NCBI RefSeq assembly: GCF_009914755.1
Contig: NC_060927.1
Direction: 5' to 3' (one strand)
Source of the DNA: the human T2T-CHM13v2.0 reference genome, Homo sapiens
DNA: 64,000 nucleotides
Position numbers and translations under genes: made by a program. The notes below the pieces were generated by a model. It was not told the DNA's origin and did not search any database. It saw only the letters and a program-made list of their open reading frames with translations. Positions 30,841 through 48,879 of the stretch are shown here, piece after piece; the stretch's first letter is position 1, and each line of letters opens with the position of its first letter.

Positions 30841-32469
30841 TAAATTTTACTATATGTTCTCATAGTTATTTATTTATAAGTAAAACAATGTTAGTAGCTT
30901 TTAAAACACTACTTCTGTGAATTTATATTACTGGATTATGATAATATCTAATGTGGCTTATAAATTTCAAATCTGGGGAATTTTTTGCGAGTTTTATTAT
31001 GACTTAACATGTGCCCAGTTCTTCTGCAGTATTTCAGAGTTGTTTGAAAGGAAAGACAGTCTTTCTATATTTGGTATTCATTCTATATATGTTAATAAAA
31101 TAAATTTGGTAATAGTATTATTCAAATCTTCTATAAATTCTTTTATTTTTTTGTCTACTTAAACTTTTTTTTCAGATTGAGAGAGATGAGTTAAGGTTTT
31201 CTGTTATAAATTTGACTTTGATAAATCCACATTTTTTCTAATAGCTTTTACTTTATATTTTGATAATATGATATCAGGCATGAGCTTTCATGACTATAGT
31301 TATCTTCTTGAGGAAATTACAGTTCATATCATTATAAATTCTTCCTTGTCTGATTTCATGCTTTTTGACTTGAATTCTACTTTTTATAATGACAATAATG
31401 GCACACGTCCTTTCTTTTATTGTGATTTCTCTGGCATATATTTATCTATGCTTTATTTTTCATCTTTCTCAGTTGTTTATGGTAATTACCATGTTGCTAG
31501 ACATTAAACTGAAACTTTATTTTGCTTTTATTAATATATTTTATCTTATTCTCATCATCTATTTCTGTTCTTTATTTAACATTTTTAATGAAGATATCAA
31601 AACATTTTCCTATGTGAAAAAAGTAATCGTTAACTGTATCCTAACCCCACAGCATTCCAATTTTTCAACCCTCATACCAGTATTTGTTGTAATCATAGGG
31701 GTTTTGTTTCTAAAATGTTATGTATTAATAGTTACATTTATAATGACTTTGTTTTTTAGAAAAAACTTTCTTTTTTTAGTTTAATATTTACAGAAAATTT
31801 GAAAATAGTACATATAGTTATCATGCACCTCACACCCAGCTTCCCCTATTATTAACATCTTACAGTGGTATGATACATTTATTACAACTAAGGAACCAAA
31901 TTGATATAGTATTATTGAATAAAGTTCACACTTGATTCAGATTTTCTCAGTTTTTTAAAAATCTTAAGTAACTTTACTAGAAAGTTTGTCTAATTTTAGG
32001 CATAGAAATAAAAGGCTAGCACATTTGATGAGTAAACGAAGATTATATTATTTTCAAATACCAGACATAAATATTTTAAATGGAAAGATTTTAGGCCTAA
32101 AATATGACATTGAATTCATGACCTCAGGAATCCAGCAGGTTGTAATTTCCAGACACTGTAAGTACAATAGAAACCATCAACTAAAGTGTAACCAACCAGT
32201 AATATCTAGCCACCTGCAAATTTCATTAAGAACTTTTAAATTAACTTCTAGATAAAATAGAAAGTTCAAACTGAAATTACTTTTAAAGGCATGGAAAAGT
32301 GCTAATGAAGAAGCATGGTCACTGAAGCCAAAAACCTGAGTTCAAATGAATAATTCTACCAATATTAGCTTAATACTGTAGAAAAACAGTAATTTTGAAC
32401 ACATGTAGGTATTATTCTCAGCAGTGGAGTATTATGAATTCAGAAATGTGTGCAAAAACATAAACTTGG

Positions 32470-34970
<2,501 letters not shown>

Positions 34971-35114
34971 GATTCAGATTTCCTTAGTTTTTATCCTATG
35001 TACTTTTTCTGTTCCAGGAGCTCATCCAGGATACCACATTACATTTAGTTGTCATGTCTCCTTAGACTTCTCTTGGTTACAACAATTTCTTAGACTTCCC
35101 TTGTTTTTAATGAG

Positions 35115-35552
35115 TGTATTAGTTTTCTGTGGCTGCTGTTACTAATTACCATGAAATTTATTGCTTAAAATGATATAAATTTGTTCTCTCACAGTTCTGG
35201 ATGCTAGAAGTCTGAAGTCCCACAGGGCCACAGTCTGTCAGGGGACTTTAGGGGGAATCACTCCTTGCCTCATCCAGCTTCTGGCATTCCTGGACTTGGG
35301 GCTGCATCACTCTAATCTCTGCTTCCATCTTCACATTGCCTTCTCCTATGTGTGTCCTTTGTTAAATCTCTCTCTACGTCTATTTTATAAGGGCACATGG
35401 GGTTTAGGGCCCACCACATTTAGGGCCCACCCAGATAATCCAAGTAATCTCATCTCAACATCAAAGGCTTTTTATTTTTTTTTCCAAATAAGGTAATGTT
35501 TACAAGTTCCGGGACCTGACATCCTTGGGTGTCCGTTATCCAACTTATTACC
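35115..35552 (-). mobile_element. MLT1 (D/E-like) LTR
   Basis: 'tgtattagttttctgtggctgctgttactaattacc...tttagggcccacccagataatccaag'. Confidence 0.75.
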
Positions 35553-37937
35553 ATAACCTTGACAGTTTTGAGGAATACTGGAAAGGTATTTTATAGAATG
35601 CCTTCTATTACACTTTCACTGTTATTTTTCTCATAATTAGACTGGGGTTATGGATTTCTAGAAGGTAAAACACAGAAGTAAAGTGACATTTTCATCACAT
35701 CATATCAATGGTAGATATAATCTGCATTACTTATCACTGTTGATGTTGATCTTGATCACCTGGCTGAGGTGATGTTTGCTAGATTTTTTTATTGCAAAAT
35801 TAATTTTCGTTTCCGATCTTTCATACTACCTTCTTTGTAAAGAGGTCAGTTTGCAGAGGACACACTTAAGGAGTGGGCAATTATGCTCCTTTTCCATGAG
35901 GTATCATATCTACAATAAATTATTTGGAATTTTTCCATAGAGGGGAAATGAAACTTGTCTCATCTCTCTCATTTGTTTACTTATTCAATCATTTACTTAT
36001 TTCAGAATAGACTCACAGGTATATATTTTATACTTTGGGTAATAACTCTGTACTGCCTTATTTATTTTATTGTGAAAATTATTTTATCTTTGGCCATTGG
36101 GAGCTTTTTCACTTGGCTCTTGTGTCCCTTTGACACATTCCTATCAGGGTAGGGTTTTTTTTGTTGTTGTTATTGTTGTTTTTTGTGGGTTTTTTTTTTC
36201 ACTTCCTAATTTTCTGGCATTACTAGATCCTCCAGGCTCATCTTGTATATTTCCTACCTTAGTCATAGAATTAGCCATTTCTTCAAGAAGCCCTGTATCC
36301 TTTTCCTGGATAAGGGAATTACAAACCAAGAACTCGGTGCTAGGTGTGCTTATGTTATGGGGGTGCTGTTTCTCTTAGGTCCTCTCAGCTGACAGAGCAA
36401 GAAAATATATGTGTGTATACTAACCTGGTACATATACTTATCTATAAATGCTTCCATATGTAAATTATCTATATTAAGCTAAACGTGAATTCATACTGAT
36501 AACTCCAGTTATAATCCATTACCATTTGGATTATTCCTGCCTGCTCCACTTGTGTATCTGTAATTTTCTACTCCAACAGTAAGAAACATGGCTACTGACA
36601 TCTACCATTATTTATTTAATTGTTCAATTCCAATATATATGTGTAGCAGTATCAGAATGGTTAACTCATACCCTATTGGGAAATAACTTTGTTAACTGGA
36701 GTACAGTGCTTATATACACTTTCTATGCCTTTAGCCTTACAGACTTCACTCATTACTAAAGAACCTTAGGTCAGCACCTTTTCCCCCTGCTTCTTTCAGT
36801 GGGGTGTTTTATACATTTTAAACAAGAATTAGATACTTTTGTCACAATCATAATTCCTTTATGGAAACCCCCAATCTCTTAAATGACTTTTTAACTCAAA
36901 TACATTAACATTCACTTTTTGTTCTGTAAAGTTCTATAGGTTATGGCAAATGCATAATGTCATATATCTACCATTTCATTGTCAAACAGAACACTTTCAC
37001 TGCCCTAAAAATCTCCTGGACTAACAATTACCTATTCCATTTTGTCGCTACCCCTAATTCCTGGTTAACCACTGATCTTTTTACTGTCTCTATAATTTTG
37101 CCTTTTTCAGATTGTAACGTAATTGAAGTCATACAGTATGAAGACTTTTTCAAACTGGCTTCTTTGATATATCGATAAGCTTTTGAAATTTATTAATGTC
37201 TGTTTTTTGTTTTCTATCATTTCCTTTAATTGTTCTTAGAATTTTCATCTCTGCTTACAATAACCATATGTTTTTGCATTTTGTCTACTTTTTTCCACTA
37301 GAACTCTTTATATATTAATTACAGTTGTTTAAGATTCCTTATGTGATAATTTCAAAGTCTGTGTCATATCTGAGTCTGGTTTTGATATTTGCTTTGTCTC
37401 TTTAGATTGTATTTTTACTTGCTTTGGAGCATGCCTTGTCATTTTTTGTTTAAAGCTGGACATGATGTATTGGGTAATAGGAGCTGAGACAAATAAGCCA
37501 TTGGTATGAGTTTTTTTTTGTCATTCTGGCTAGGAGTTTAATATTTCCCATAATTGTAAATGCCAGAGGCTTTGGTTTCCTCTAGTGTCTTTATTTTTCC
37601 CATCCATGTTGGCTTTGGGTTTCTGAAAGAAGATCTTCTTAGAGAAGAGTCTGTGTCTTGCAGCTCTTTTCATTGTAATCTGCTGTTTATTATACTGGAA
37701 CCCTGTTGATGTAGTGGTAAGATGTGGAGATGGGAAAGCATTTTATAATTTTGAGATGAAGTCTCAGTTTTTTAATGTGCTTGTGTCTCTGTCCTGTGAC
37801 ATTCACAAATGTTTCTTAGCTTTTTTCCTCTTCTACTTATATGAGACAGGAAAGTTAGAGGGAGCTAAATTTGGATAACTGCTTTTCTCCCAGGCTGGAT
37901 AAGACTTTGAATTGAAGAATAGTATTAAAAAACCTCA

Positions 37938-38436
<499 letters not shown>

Positions 38437-39468
38437 TTAAAAATATATAAATATGGCTATTTCAAAAAATTATAAGAAACAGAAAAGTATAGGCAAAAGA
38501 ATAAAAGTCATATAAATCCCATCAGCAGAGATTACCACTGTTAATAATAATTGTTTTGTTGTAGTTAAAGTATGTTTTATTTTATCTGGTTGAAATAACA
38601 TATTTTATTCAATTTTGAAACTTCATTTTTTTGCTTAAAACTTTATCATAAGCATTTCCTTATGTCATTAAATATCTTTATAAGCATTTTGTTGGTTGCA
38701 TATTATTTCATGTTATGCAACCTCATTCAAAAAATGCAGACAAGAAGGTCTAAGAGAGATTGTGAGACTGCTTCTTAGAGATAAATTCACACATCAAATT
38801 TACATGAACAAATACAGCCTTGCCTCAATTTGAAGTCAGATAGGAGTGTTGAAGTCATCCTGTGTGGGTATGATATATAGAACACACGTCTTAATGCCAC
38901 AGAGTGAAAGAGGTAAATATTAGTATGTGGAAAGGTTATTCAGGGAATCCATGAGCAACTTTGAGGTGTAGCCACTCCAGAGAACTTTAGGGCAACCTGT
39001 GTGACTGGTGAGAGTGAAGTTGGCTTATCCATTAAGTACTTCATTAAAGAGCTCTTTCTTGATTGATACGTGGTATACCCCATGCATTTCCTTGAGGCAG
39101 TGTGGACACAGGCAGGGTCTGTGGATTTGGCAGTCTGGCATCAGGCAGGGTCTGTGGATTCAAATGCATGGTGCTTAACTTTGATTATTTCTTTCCATAT
39201 GAAATAATAGGAAAGCCCTATTTTCCTCTCAATCCATTCATTTAACCCCAAATCCTCAGCCTCTCCAAGGCACCACACACACCCAGAGCCAACAATATGC
39301 TAAGGACTGTGTGAATTAAATAAAACATAAGATAATGTTCTCATTTTGAAGAGGCTTGGGGGAAAGGATAAGTAAACAGACAAATTGCAATGAAATGTTA
39401 TAAGTAATATATAGACATAGATATGAAAAAGTAAAAAAAGAAGGGAGTAACTCTACCTGGGAAGATAA

Positions 39469-41185
39469 CTTTTTCCTTTAATTTTTAGTTGACATGTAAT
39501 AACTGTACATATTTATGGATACAAAGAGATTTTTCAATATGTGTATGCAATGTTTAATGATGTGTAAACAATATATAATGATCAAATCAGGGTAATTAGC
39601 ATATCTATCACACCTCAAATATCACTTCTTTGTGTTGTGAGCATTCAAAAGCTTCTCTTCAGGAGTCAAATTATCTTTGTTTGCAGATGAAATGATCCTA
39701 TATCTAGAAAACCTCATTGTCTCAGCCCAAAAGCTTCTTAAGCTGATAAACAACTTCAGTCAAATCTCAGGATACAAAATCAATGTGCAAAAATTGCTAG
39801 CATTCCTATACACCACCAACAGGCAACCAGAGAGCCAAATCATGAATGAACTCCCATTCGCAATTGCTACAACAACAAAAAACACCTAGGATACAGCTAA
39901 CGAGGGAAGTAAAGAACCTCTTCAAGGAGAACTACAAACCACTGCTCAAAGAAATCAGAGAGGACACAAACAAATGGAAAAACATTTCATGCTCATGATA
40001 GGAAGAATCAATATCATAAAAATGGCCACACTGCCCAAAGTAATTTGTAGATTCAATGCTATTCCCGTTAAAATACTATTGACATTCTTCACAGAATTAG
40101 AAAAAACTATCTCAAAATTCATATGGAATCAAAAAGGGCCCAAATAGCCAAGACAATCCTAAGCAAAAAGAACAAAGCTGGAGGCATCATGCTATCTGAC
40201 TTCAAACTGTACTACAAGGCTACGGTAACCAAAACAGCATGGTGTTGGTACAAGAACAAACACATTGACCAATGGAACAGAATACAGAACTCAGAAATAA
40301 GACCACACACCTACAATCATCTGATCTTCAACAAACCTGACAAAAGCAAGCAATGGGAAAAAGATTCCCTATTTAATAAATGGTGCTGGGAGAATTGGCT
40401 ACCCATATGCAGAAAGTTGAAACTGGACCCTTTTCTTACACCATACAAAAAAATTAATTCAAGATGGATTAAAGACTTAAATGTAAAACCCAAAACTATA
40501 AAAACCTAGAAAAAAATCTAGGCAATACCATTCATGACATAGGTATGGTCGAGGATTTCATGATGAAATGCCAAAAGCAATTGCAACAAAAGTCAAAATT
40601 GACAAATGGGATCTAATTAAACTAATGAGCTTCTGCACAGTGAAAGAAACTATCATCAGAGTGAAGAGACAACCTATAGAATGGGAGACAATTTTTGTAA
40701 TCTATCCATCTGACAAAGGTCTAATGTCCAGAGTCTACAAAGAACTTCAACAAATTCACAAGAGGAAAAAAAAATACCACTAATATCTGCAATTCTACTC
40801 TGTACTTCCATGAGCTCAAAAAGACTTTTTAACTCTCACATATGAGTGAGAACATGCAGTATTTATCTTTCTGTGCCTGACTTATTTTGCTTAGCACAAT
40901 AACCTCTGGGTTCATGCATGTTGCCATCAATGTGAGAATTTCATTCTTTGTTATGGCTGAATAGTATTCCACTATGTATGTATACCAACTTTTCTTTATC
41001 CATTTATCTGTTGATGGACACTTAGATTGATTCCATGGTCCTGGCTATTGTGAATAGTGCAGCAGGAAACACGGGAGTGCAAGTTTCTCTTTGATATACT
41101 GATTTCCTTTCCTTTGGGTAAATACCCACTAGTGAGGTTGCTGGATTGTATGGTAGCTTTATTTTTAGTTTTTTGAGAAACATGG
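39469..41185 (-). mobile_element. L1MA 3' region, interrupted by 39661-40776
   Basis: 'ttagttgacatgtaataactgtacatatttatgg' ... resumes with 'attctactctgtacttccatgagctc...tatgagtgagaacatgc'. Confidence 0.8.
39661..40776 (+). mobile_element. Internal L1PA ORF2 fragment (RT FADD motif onward), no 3'UTR
   Basis: Peptides [48 protein letters not shown]; ends at an internal A-run. Confidence 0.9.
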
Positions 41186-42010
41186 AAAGGTAACTTTTGT
41201 CCTGCATTTTATGGGCTGAGTGGGCATCTGAAACATAAAGAAGGGGTGAGGAAGTCTAGGTTATTCGCTGTGTGCACTCTTATGTCCATTCTTTGCCCAG
41301 CTCTGCCTTGTTTTGTATCCTAAGGGGCTGTCTTTTATAGTATACATCATCCAGGATCTCTTTTGGCTTCCAGATGGATTCACCCAATGGCAGATAGAGT
41401 AGGAAATTGGTTAGAAGGTAGTAAGAGACAGAGATTGAGATGTTTCTTTCCCTGTTCTGTTCCACCTTTGCTGAATTATTCTGTCAGTGGCTGGCCTCTC
41501 TACATCTGGAATGGTAAACTTGAGGCTGATGTGATCATCATTATGTTTTGGGAAGATAGTAGGTGACAGTGTCAAGTTAGTGAAATGGGAAAAACCGGAC
41601 TAGGGGGACTAAAGAGTAGAAACCATTACAGTAGTTCACACAAGAGGTGAGGGGGTATGTATTGAGATGGTGGAGGTGGGCACGTTTGAGGTAGATACTA
41701 TGAGATTTAGTGATGAATTAATATAAAACGTAGGAGAGGAGATGAATGTGACATAAAGTTTTATCATTTGGTGACTAAGGGAGTTGACAACAGAAATATG
41801 GAAAGATGGAGATGCGGGGGAGAAGGGAAAAGATAATGAGTTTGGAATAAAATTTTGACCAGATTTAGGTCTTTGTTACCAGATGGACATTGTTGCCAGA
41901 AGATTATTGCCAGTTTATACCTCTACGTCCTTGCATTTATCAAATACTTTTAAATTATTATAATGAGTACCTTGAAAACCTTTTGTGTGTCTTAACTACT
42001 GCACACTACT

Positions 42011-42416
42011 TGTATTCATTCATTTTATGTTGCTATAACAGAATACCACCAACTGAGTAATTTACAATGAACATAAATGTATTTGGCTCATGGTTCTGGA
42101 GATTGAGAAGTCCAAGAGCATGGCACTGGCATCTGGCAAGGGCCTCTGTGCTGTGTCATTCCATGGTGGAAAGTGGAAAAACAAGAGAGGATGAGAGCAA
42201 GCGATCAAGAGTGGGCTGAACTGGATTTTTTACAACCTGTTTGGGAAGGTTTTATTCTATTTTATACAACCTATTCCCATGATAATGACATTAATCCATT
42301 CATGAGAGCAGAGCCCGCCTGGCCTAATCACCTCCTAACAGTCCCACCTCTTAATACTATAACAATGGCAATTAAATTTCAACACGAGTTTTGGAGAGGA
42401 CATTCAAACCTTAGCA
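42011..42416 (-). mobile_element. MST (B/C/D-like) solo LTR
   Basis: TG...CA ends with a perfect 5-bp TSD ctact. Confidence 0.88.
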
Positions 42417-43529
42417 CTACTGTACAGGGGTTATAAGATGAGAGTCATTAGCAATGGAAGAGTTAATCTGTGCCTCTCAAACAATTTATTGACAATAGGA
42501 TGAAGGAATCTTGCAGCCAATTCTTTAAAAACATCAAACAAATAATAAGTGTAAGTATTTTTAGTGAATACAGAAGGGTGGAGACAATTTGAGGCACTTC
42601 AGAATAAATGCAAAAATAGAGAGATTCTGTTGTCTATATAAGTTTTTCCAAATTTGGTATTATTCCTAGAAAATTTTATTTTTAAAAGAATAACTTTATA
42701 CACTATTATTGAAGTCAATTTCCAATGCTAAAGTGTGAGGAATGATTTTCCTTTTCCTGTCATTTGTCACCAAGGAGGCTGCACTTGCACTGCTGTGATT
42801 ATTTCAAGGTGAAAGGTGAGAAGAAATGTTCCTTATGGTTTATTCAGCTGGGATGTCAGTATTGGTAATCTCAGTCGCTATGGTATTTGAGCCTGTTGGC
42901 TCTGAAAGGATTTACTCTTTTGCACAAAGAAAGAGCAGAATGGCAGTGGTAAAGATAAAAAGAAATGAGATTCAGAAAAAGTGGATTTCTGTGTCCACAA
43001 AATAGCTTTTTATTCAGGAAAGCTTTAATGGGAATTAGTAGTATTGTTTCACATAAAGGGGTAGATTAATGTGGTGCCATGAAAGGTAGATGTATTTATA
43101 GTTTAAAAATTTATACTTCTCTTTGACATCATTTGGTGAATTAAAGAGTCAAGGATGGGTATAGGCTATTTCTTGTTATTATTAAAACATTTCTATTTTA
43201 CATTTATAAAGACACGTATAGGTTTAGTTTAAATATTATACCTTCAAGAACTCTTTAATGTGCTTGAGATAATAGAAGAGAGAAGATCAGTCAATCCAGG
43301 CACTGAGAAACTGCAGGTACTTTCCTTTCTGTGACTTTATTGAAGGGCCAATCCTCTCATTGTTTAATTACAACTTCTGAAAATGATGGCAGCAGACAAG
43401 CTTTTCAGGGGGTCATTTTATATGTGCTGGGAAAGTTGCAATGAATAAGAAAATACAGTGTCAGCTGTCTAGTTTTCAGGCTTAGAGACAAAGGCCTTTA
43501 GAAATATATAGATCTTCTTTTTATTTTAA

Positions 43530-43690
43530 TTGCTTAAGATCTTGGAGATGGGATTTTAGATATCTGATCCCATGAATTCATTTTACAGATGAGAAAACTG
43601 AGAAACTGAGGTCTGGAGATGTCAAGTAACCTGTCTGAGGTCTCATGGCTAGTTCATGGCAAAGCTAGGACAATTTGCTTTAAGCTCAAT
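43530..43690 (-). mobile_element. MIR
   Basis: 'cattttacagatgagaaaactgag...gtcaagtaacctgtctgaggtctcatggctagt'. Confidence 0.8.
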
Positions 43691-43702
43691 ATTATTATAA
43701 TA

Positions 43703-43822
43703 TTAAATATTATACCTTCAAGAATTCTTTAATGTGCCTGAGATAATAGAAGAGAGAAGATCAGTCAATCCAGGCACTGAGAAACTAGAAGTACTTTCCT
43801 TTCTGTGACTTTATTGAGGGCC
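43703..43822 (+). repeat. 120-bp displaced copy of 43229-43349
   Basis: About 5 substitutions and 1 indel between the copies. Confidence 0.93.
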
Positions 43823-43849
43823 TTTTAATAATAAATATATATAATATTT

Positions 43850-44634
43850 AAAATATTAAATGTTATTAAATGTTTAATATTTTAAATATTAAATGTTATT
43901 GTTTAATATGTAAGATATTAAATGTTATTAAGTGTTTAATATGTAAGATATTAAATGTTATTAAGTGTTTAATATGTAAGATATTAAATGTTATTAGTGT
44001 TCAATATGTAAGATATTAAATGTTATTAGTGTTCAATATGTAAGATATTAAATGTTATTAAGTGTTCAATATGTAAGATATTAAATGTTATTAAGTGTTC
44101 AATATGTAAGATATTAAATGTTATTAAGTGTTCAATATGTAAGATATTAAATGTTATTAAGTGTTCAATATGTAAGATATTAAATGTTATTAAGTGTTCA
44201 ATATGTAAGATATTAAATGTTATTAAGTGTTCAATATGTAAGATATTAAATGTTATTAAGTGTTCAATATGTAAGATATTAAATGTTATTAAGTGTTCAA
44301 TATGTAAGATATTAAATGTTATTAAGTGTTCAATATGTAAGATATTAAATGTTATTAAGTGTTCAATATGTAAGATATTAAATGTTATTAAGTGTTTAAT
44401 ATGTAAGATATTAAATGTTATTAAGTGTTTAATATGTAAGATATTAAATGTTATTAAGTGTTTAATATGTAAGATATTAAATGTTATTAAGTGTTTAATA
44501 TGTAAGATATTAAATGTTATTAAGTGTTTAATATGTAAGATATTAAATGTTATTAAGTGTTTAATATGTAAGATATTAAATGTTATTAAGTGTTTAATAT
44601 GTAAGATATTAAATGTTATTAAGTGTTTAATATT
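43850..44634. repeat. 33-bp AT-rich minisatellite, 22 clean units (43905-44628) plus degenerate lead-in
   Basis: Unit aatatgtaagatattaaatgttattaagtgtt(c/t). Confidence 0.97.
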
Positions 44635-44954
44635 TCTGGGGCATCACAGAACTCACTCTGGACACAGCAGAAGAAAAGTGAAGAAAAGTGGAGAGGAAGG
44701 GTGCTAGTAGGGCCACTCTTCTACACTACAGTCTTTGGGCTTTTAAAACTTAACATTCACATTTACTGTTGTGTCAATGTAGAGCTCACTATCTGTTTAA
44801 CTGTGAAGGTTAAAGTCAGAAAATCAGATGAGTGAAGTGAAAAAGGAAGAGGAGTGATGTGTGAGTCAGAAGCTTGCTTACTTGGACTTTTACTTGTTGT
44901 GGGATTTGGGGTAGTTACAACTTCTCAGGAGTTCAGGTTCCTCAGCTAACACTT

Positions 44955-45755
<801 letters not shown>

Positions 45756-46033
45756 TGATATACACTCATAAAGTTATCATGAGGCTAAAGTGAAAAGTAG
45801 GCCTCAAATCAGTTGGATATTATTTATTATATATGCACATTACATCTTTCATTCTTCAGTGCTTTCTAAATTGTGTATTTTAGAGGTTCTGGTATGTAGG
45901 CTGTTTGGTATTACATATCTCAGTCAACTGGGTATAGTGCATGCCTTTAGAGTCTGTGAATTTTTGGCTAGAAAGTTAATACCCTCCATCCCATTATTTA
46001 AGGTTCAAGAATAGACAGAATATTAATTCTTTA

Positions 46034-46448
<415 letters not shown>

Positions 46449-46781
46449 TTAGGCCAGAGAGGTGCCTATAAGTAGGGGCTCTGCTTTCTCACGTGGGATG
46501 ATGTCAAACATGGGGCCTGAAGCCAAATGAAGAATTTGAGAGCTCCAGAGTTTGTTTTGCTCTCCAGGTACTCGATGTTTGTGCTGTTCATGTCCAGAGA
46601 TGACTATCGTTTGTATTCCTCCCTCATTTCCTTGTCATTCCTTTTCTGCAGCTGTCTAGAGTAACCTTCTAAAATGATATTGTGACCTCCTAGATGTTGG
46701 CAAGACCCCTGTGAGACACAGTGTACACACTTTGATCATTTGATCATTTTGAGGGAGAATGTTTTATATAAACACATAAGG

Positions 46782-46950
46782 CAGTGGTTCTCAAGCTTTA
46801 GCGAGCATCAGAATCACTTAAGGAGCTCATGAAAATGCAGATTTTTCGACTCCATTCCTGGAGTTTCTGACTCATTTAGTCTAGGGTAAGGTCTAAGAAT
46901 CCACATTTCTAACCGCACTACTAATTTGGGGATCAACTTTGAGAACCACA
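46782..46950. mobile_element. MER5A
   Basis: 'cagtggttctcaagctttagcgagcatcagaatcac...ctttgagaaccac'. Confidence 0.85.
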
Positions 46951-48879
46951 AATGTAGGGTAACAATTTGAAAAATAATTGACATGCTTATCACTTACATT
47001 TTGGGGTACATGACCTTGAGGCAGAGGAGAAGATTAAATTAGGATTGTAACTGCAAGGGTGCAAAGAGAAAGAAAATGTTAATAGTTAGGTATTACCAAA
47101 ATAGAATTTTCAAGCATGCAGCAAGGTAACAGGCTCGAAAGTGAGACTAGGTTGGCAAAGAAAAGGAGTTTGTAAATTCTTTTATCTCCTCTTCTAACAA
47201 ATAAAGAGGCAAGCCTGATGAACCTAATCTTGGAGTATTTGTTTTGTTTATTTGATTATAGAGTCTTAGATATAGAAGGTCTTGGCAAAACAGTAAGAAA
47301 AAAAGGGAAAAGTTGTGTTTTTTTAACCCTGGTGGACTGAGGGTGGGAAAGCCAACGATCGGATGTGTGGCTTTCTCTAGGCCGAAGTCTTAGGGAGTGA
47401 GGTCATAGACCTAGGGACCCCTTCCCTAATTCCCATTGCAGTCTGGAGGGAGATAACCTCAACAACCTTCATAGCCATATCAAAATCATCTTGGAGGTTC
47501 AACATAGTTGGGCAGAGAGAGGATCTGAGTTTAGGTAACTTGAATCTCCATTAGATCCTATGTAGTGTGGAAAGAATCCAGAAGTTCCACTGTGCTCTAT
47601 GGAGGGAGGGGGAAGCTAGTTGAAGGTGCTGATTGGTAGGCTTATTTGAAGGGTTCTTCCATGTGATGGGGACCAAGTCCACAGAAGGGCTGCAAGGTAG
47701 ATACCTGGATTGGAGTTGAACTGGGAGTCCCATGCTACTTTAGGACCCAGTGAGAATTAGGATGGGACTCAGTTAAGCAAGAGGAGGTGACTGGTGCTCA
47801 CCAGAGCACTGCCCCAGCCAAGAAAACACCTGTGGCCTTCAGCAGAAGCAGATGTCCACAGAATGATCAGGGGTTGGACCAGTCATACCAAACTGGTCAG
47901 CAATCCAGAGAGCAACCAGACCAGCCACGTTTGATAGAGAGCAACAAGAGCCCAGAAGATAACTTAATGTTCCCCTCTAACACCATTAGGCCATAAAGCC
48001 ATGTTTCTGTCCCATACACTTCTATGCTTTCTTTGAGAGGAGTGGGAGGGCTCAGACCTTTAAAAAATAGAGATTTACTTGAATTTCTTAAGTAAAGACT
48101 GAGCTGAGTTATTGGTTTTAACTGAGGTTACCAAAGAGGACTAGTGTCTTATCCTCCCTTCTCCACCCTGCCTCCACATTCCTGCCCTCGCCACTACAGT
48201 TACAGAGAAATTAAAAAACCTTTCATTGTACAACTGAGGGTGGAATTGTTGGCTTATATATTGGAAAAATTCAAGAGTATCAGGTACTGTTGCATCTAGG
48301 GATTCAAAGAATGTTTCTAGGATTCTCTTTCCATTTCTTAGGTCTGTTTTATTCCATGTTAACTTTATTTTTAGGCAGAATGTAATGAGTGGTGGTAAAG
48401 AGGGTTACCAGCAGCTCATTATGCTTAGTGATATCTTAGCATCCTGATCAACCCTCTAAAAGGACCCTGGCCATGCTGGGTAACATGCCCTCCCACATGA
48501 TGCCAAGAGTCGGGCTATATAACTGATATCCTCACCTGCTGGGTGAGGAGCCTTTTTTTTTTCAAAACAAAACAAAACAAACAAAGCAATGCTAGGCTAA
48601 CAAATGTAATAGGTGTTACTAGTTGTGGCTGTAGACTCTACTGTTTTCATGATTTTGCCTGATGGCTGAGAGAAAACAGGCTACATAAAATTATGAGGAA
48701 GTACCCCAGCCACATTTGCATATGTGTTCCTGGAATTTGAAATCTTCAAGAGGCTTGCTAAGGGAGTTGGAGGAACCAGGTCTCCCCCATTTGTGACATC
48801 ACATAATTTTGAGTGCAGACAAAAAGTCTTTGTTAGGAAAATACTAGAGACATGATGCCATTAGTTAGCTTAATTCTAG

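Noticed and set aside
43905-44628. CRISPR-like periodicity
   Set aside because: Head-to-tail tandem units with no unique spacers and no cas genes, in primate DNA.
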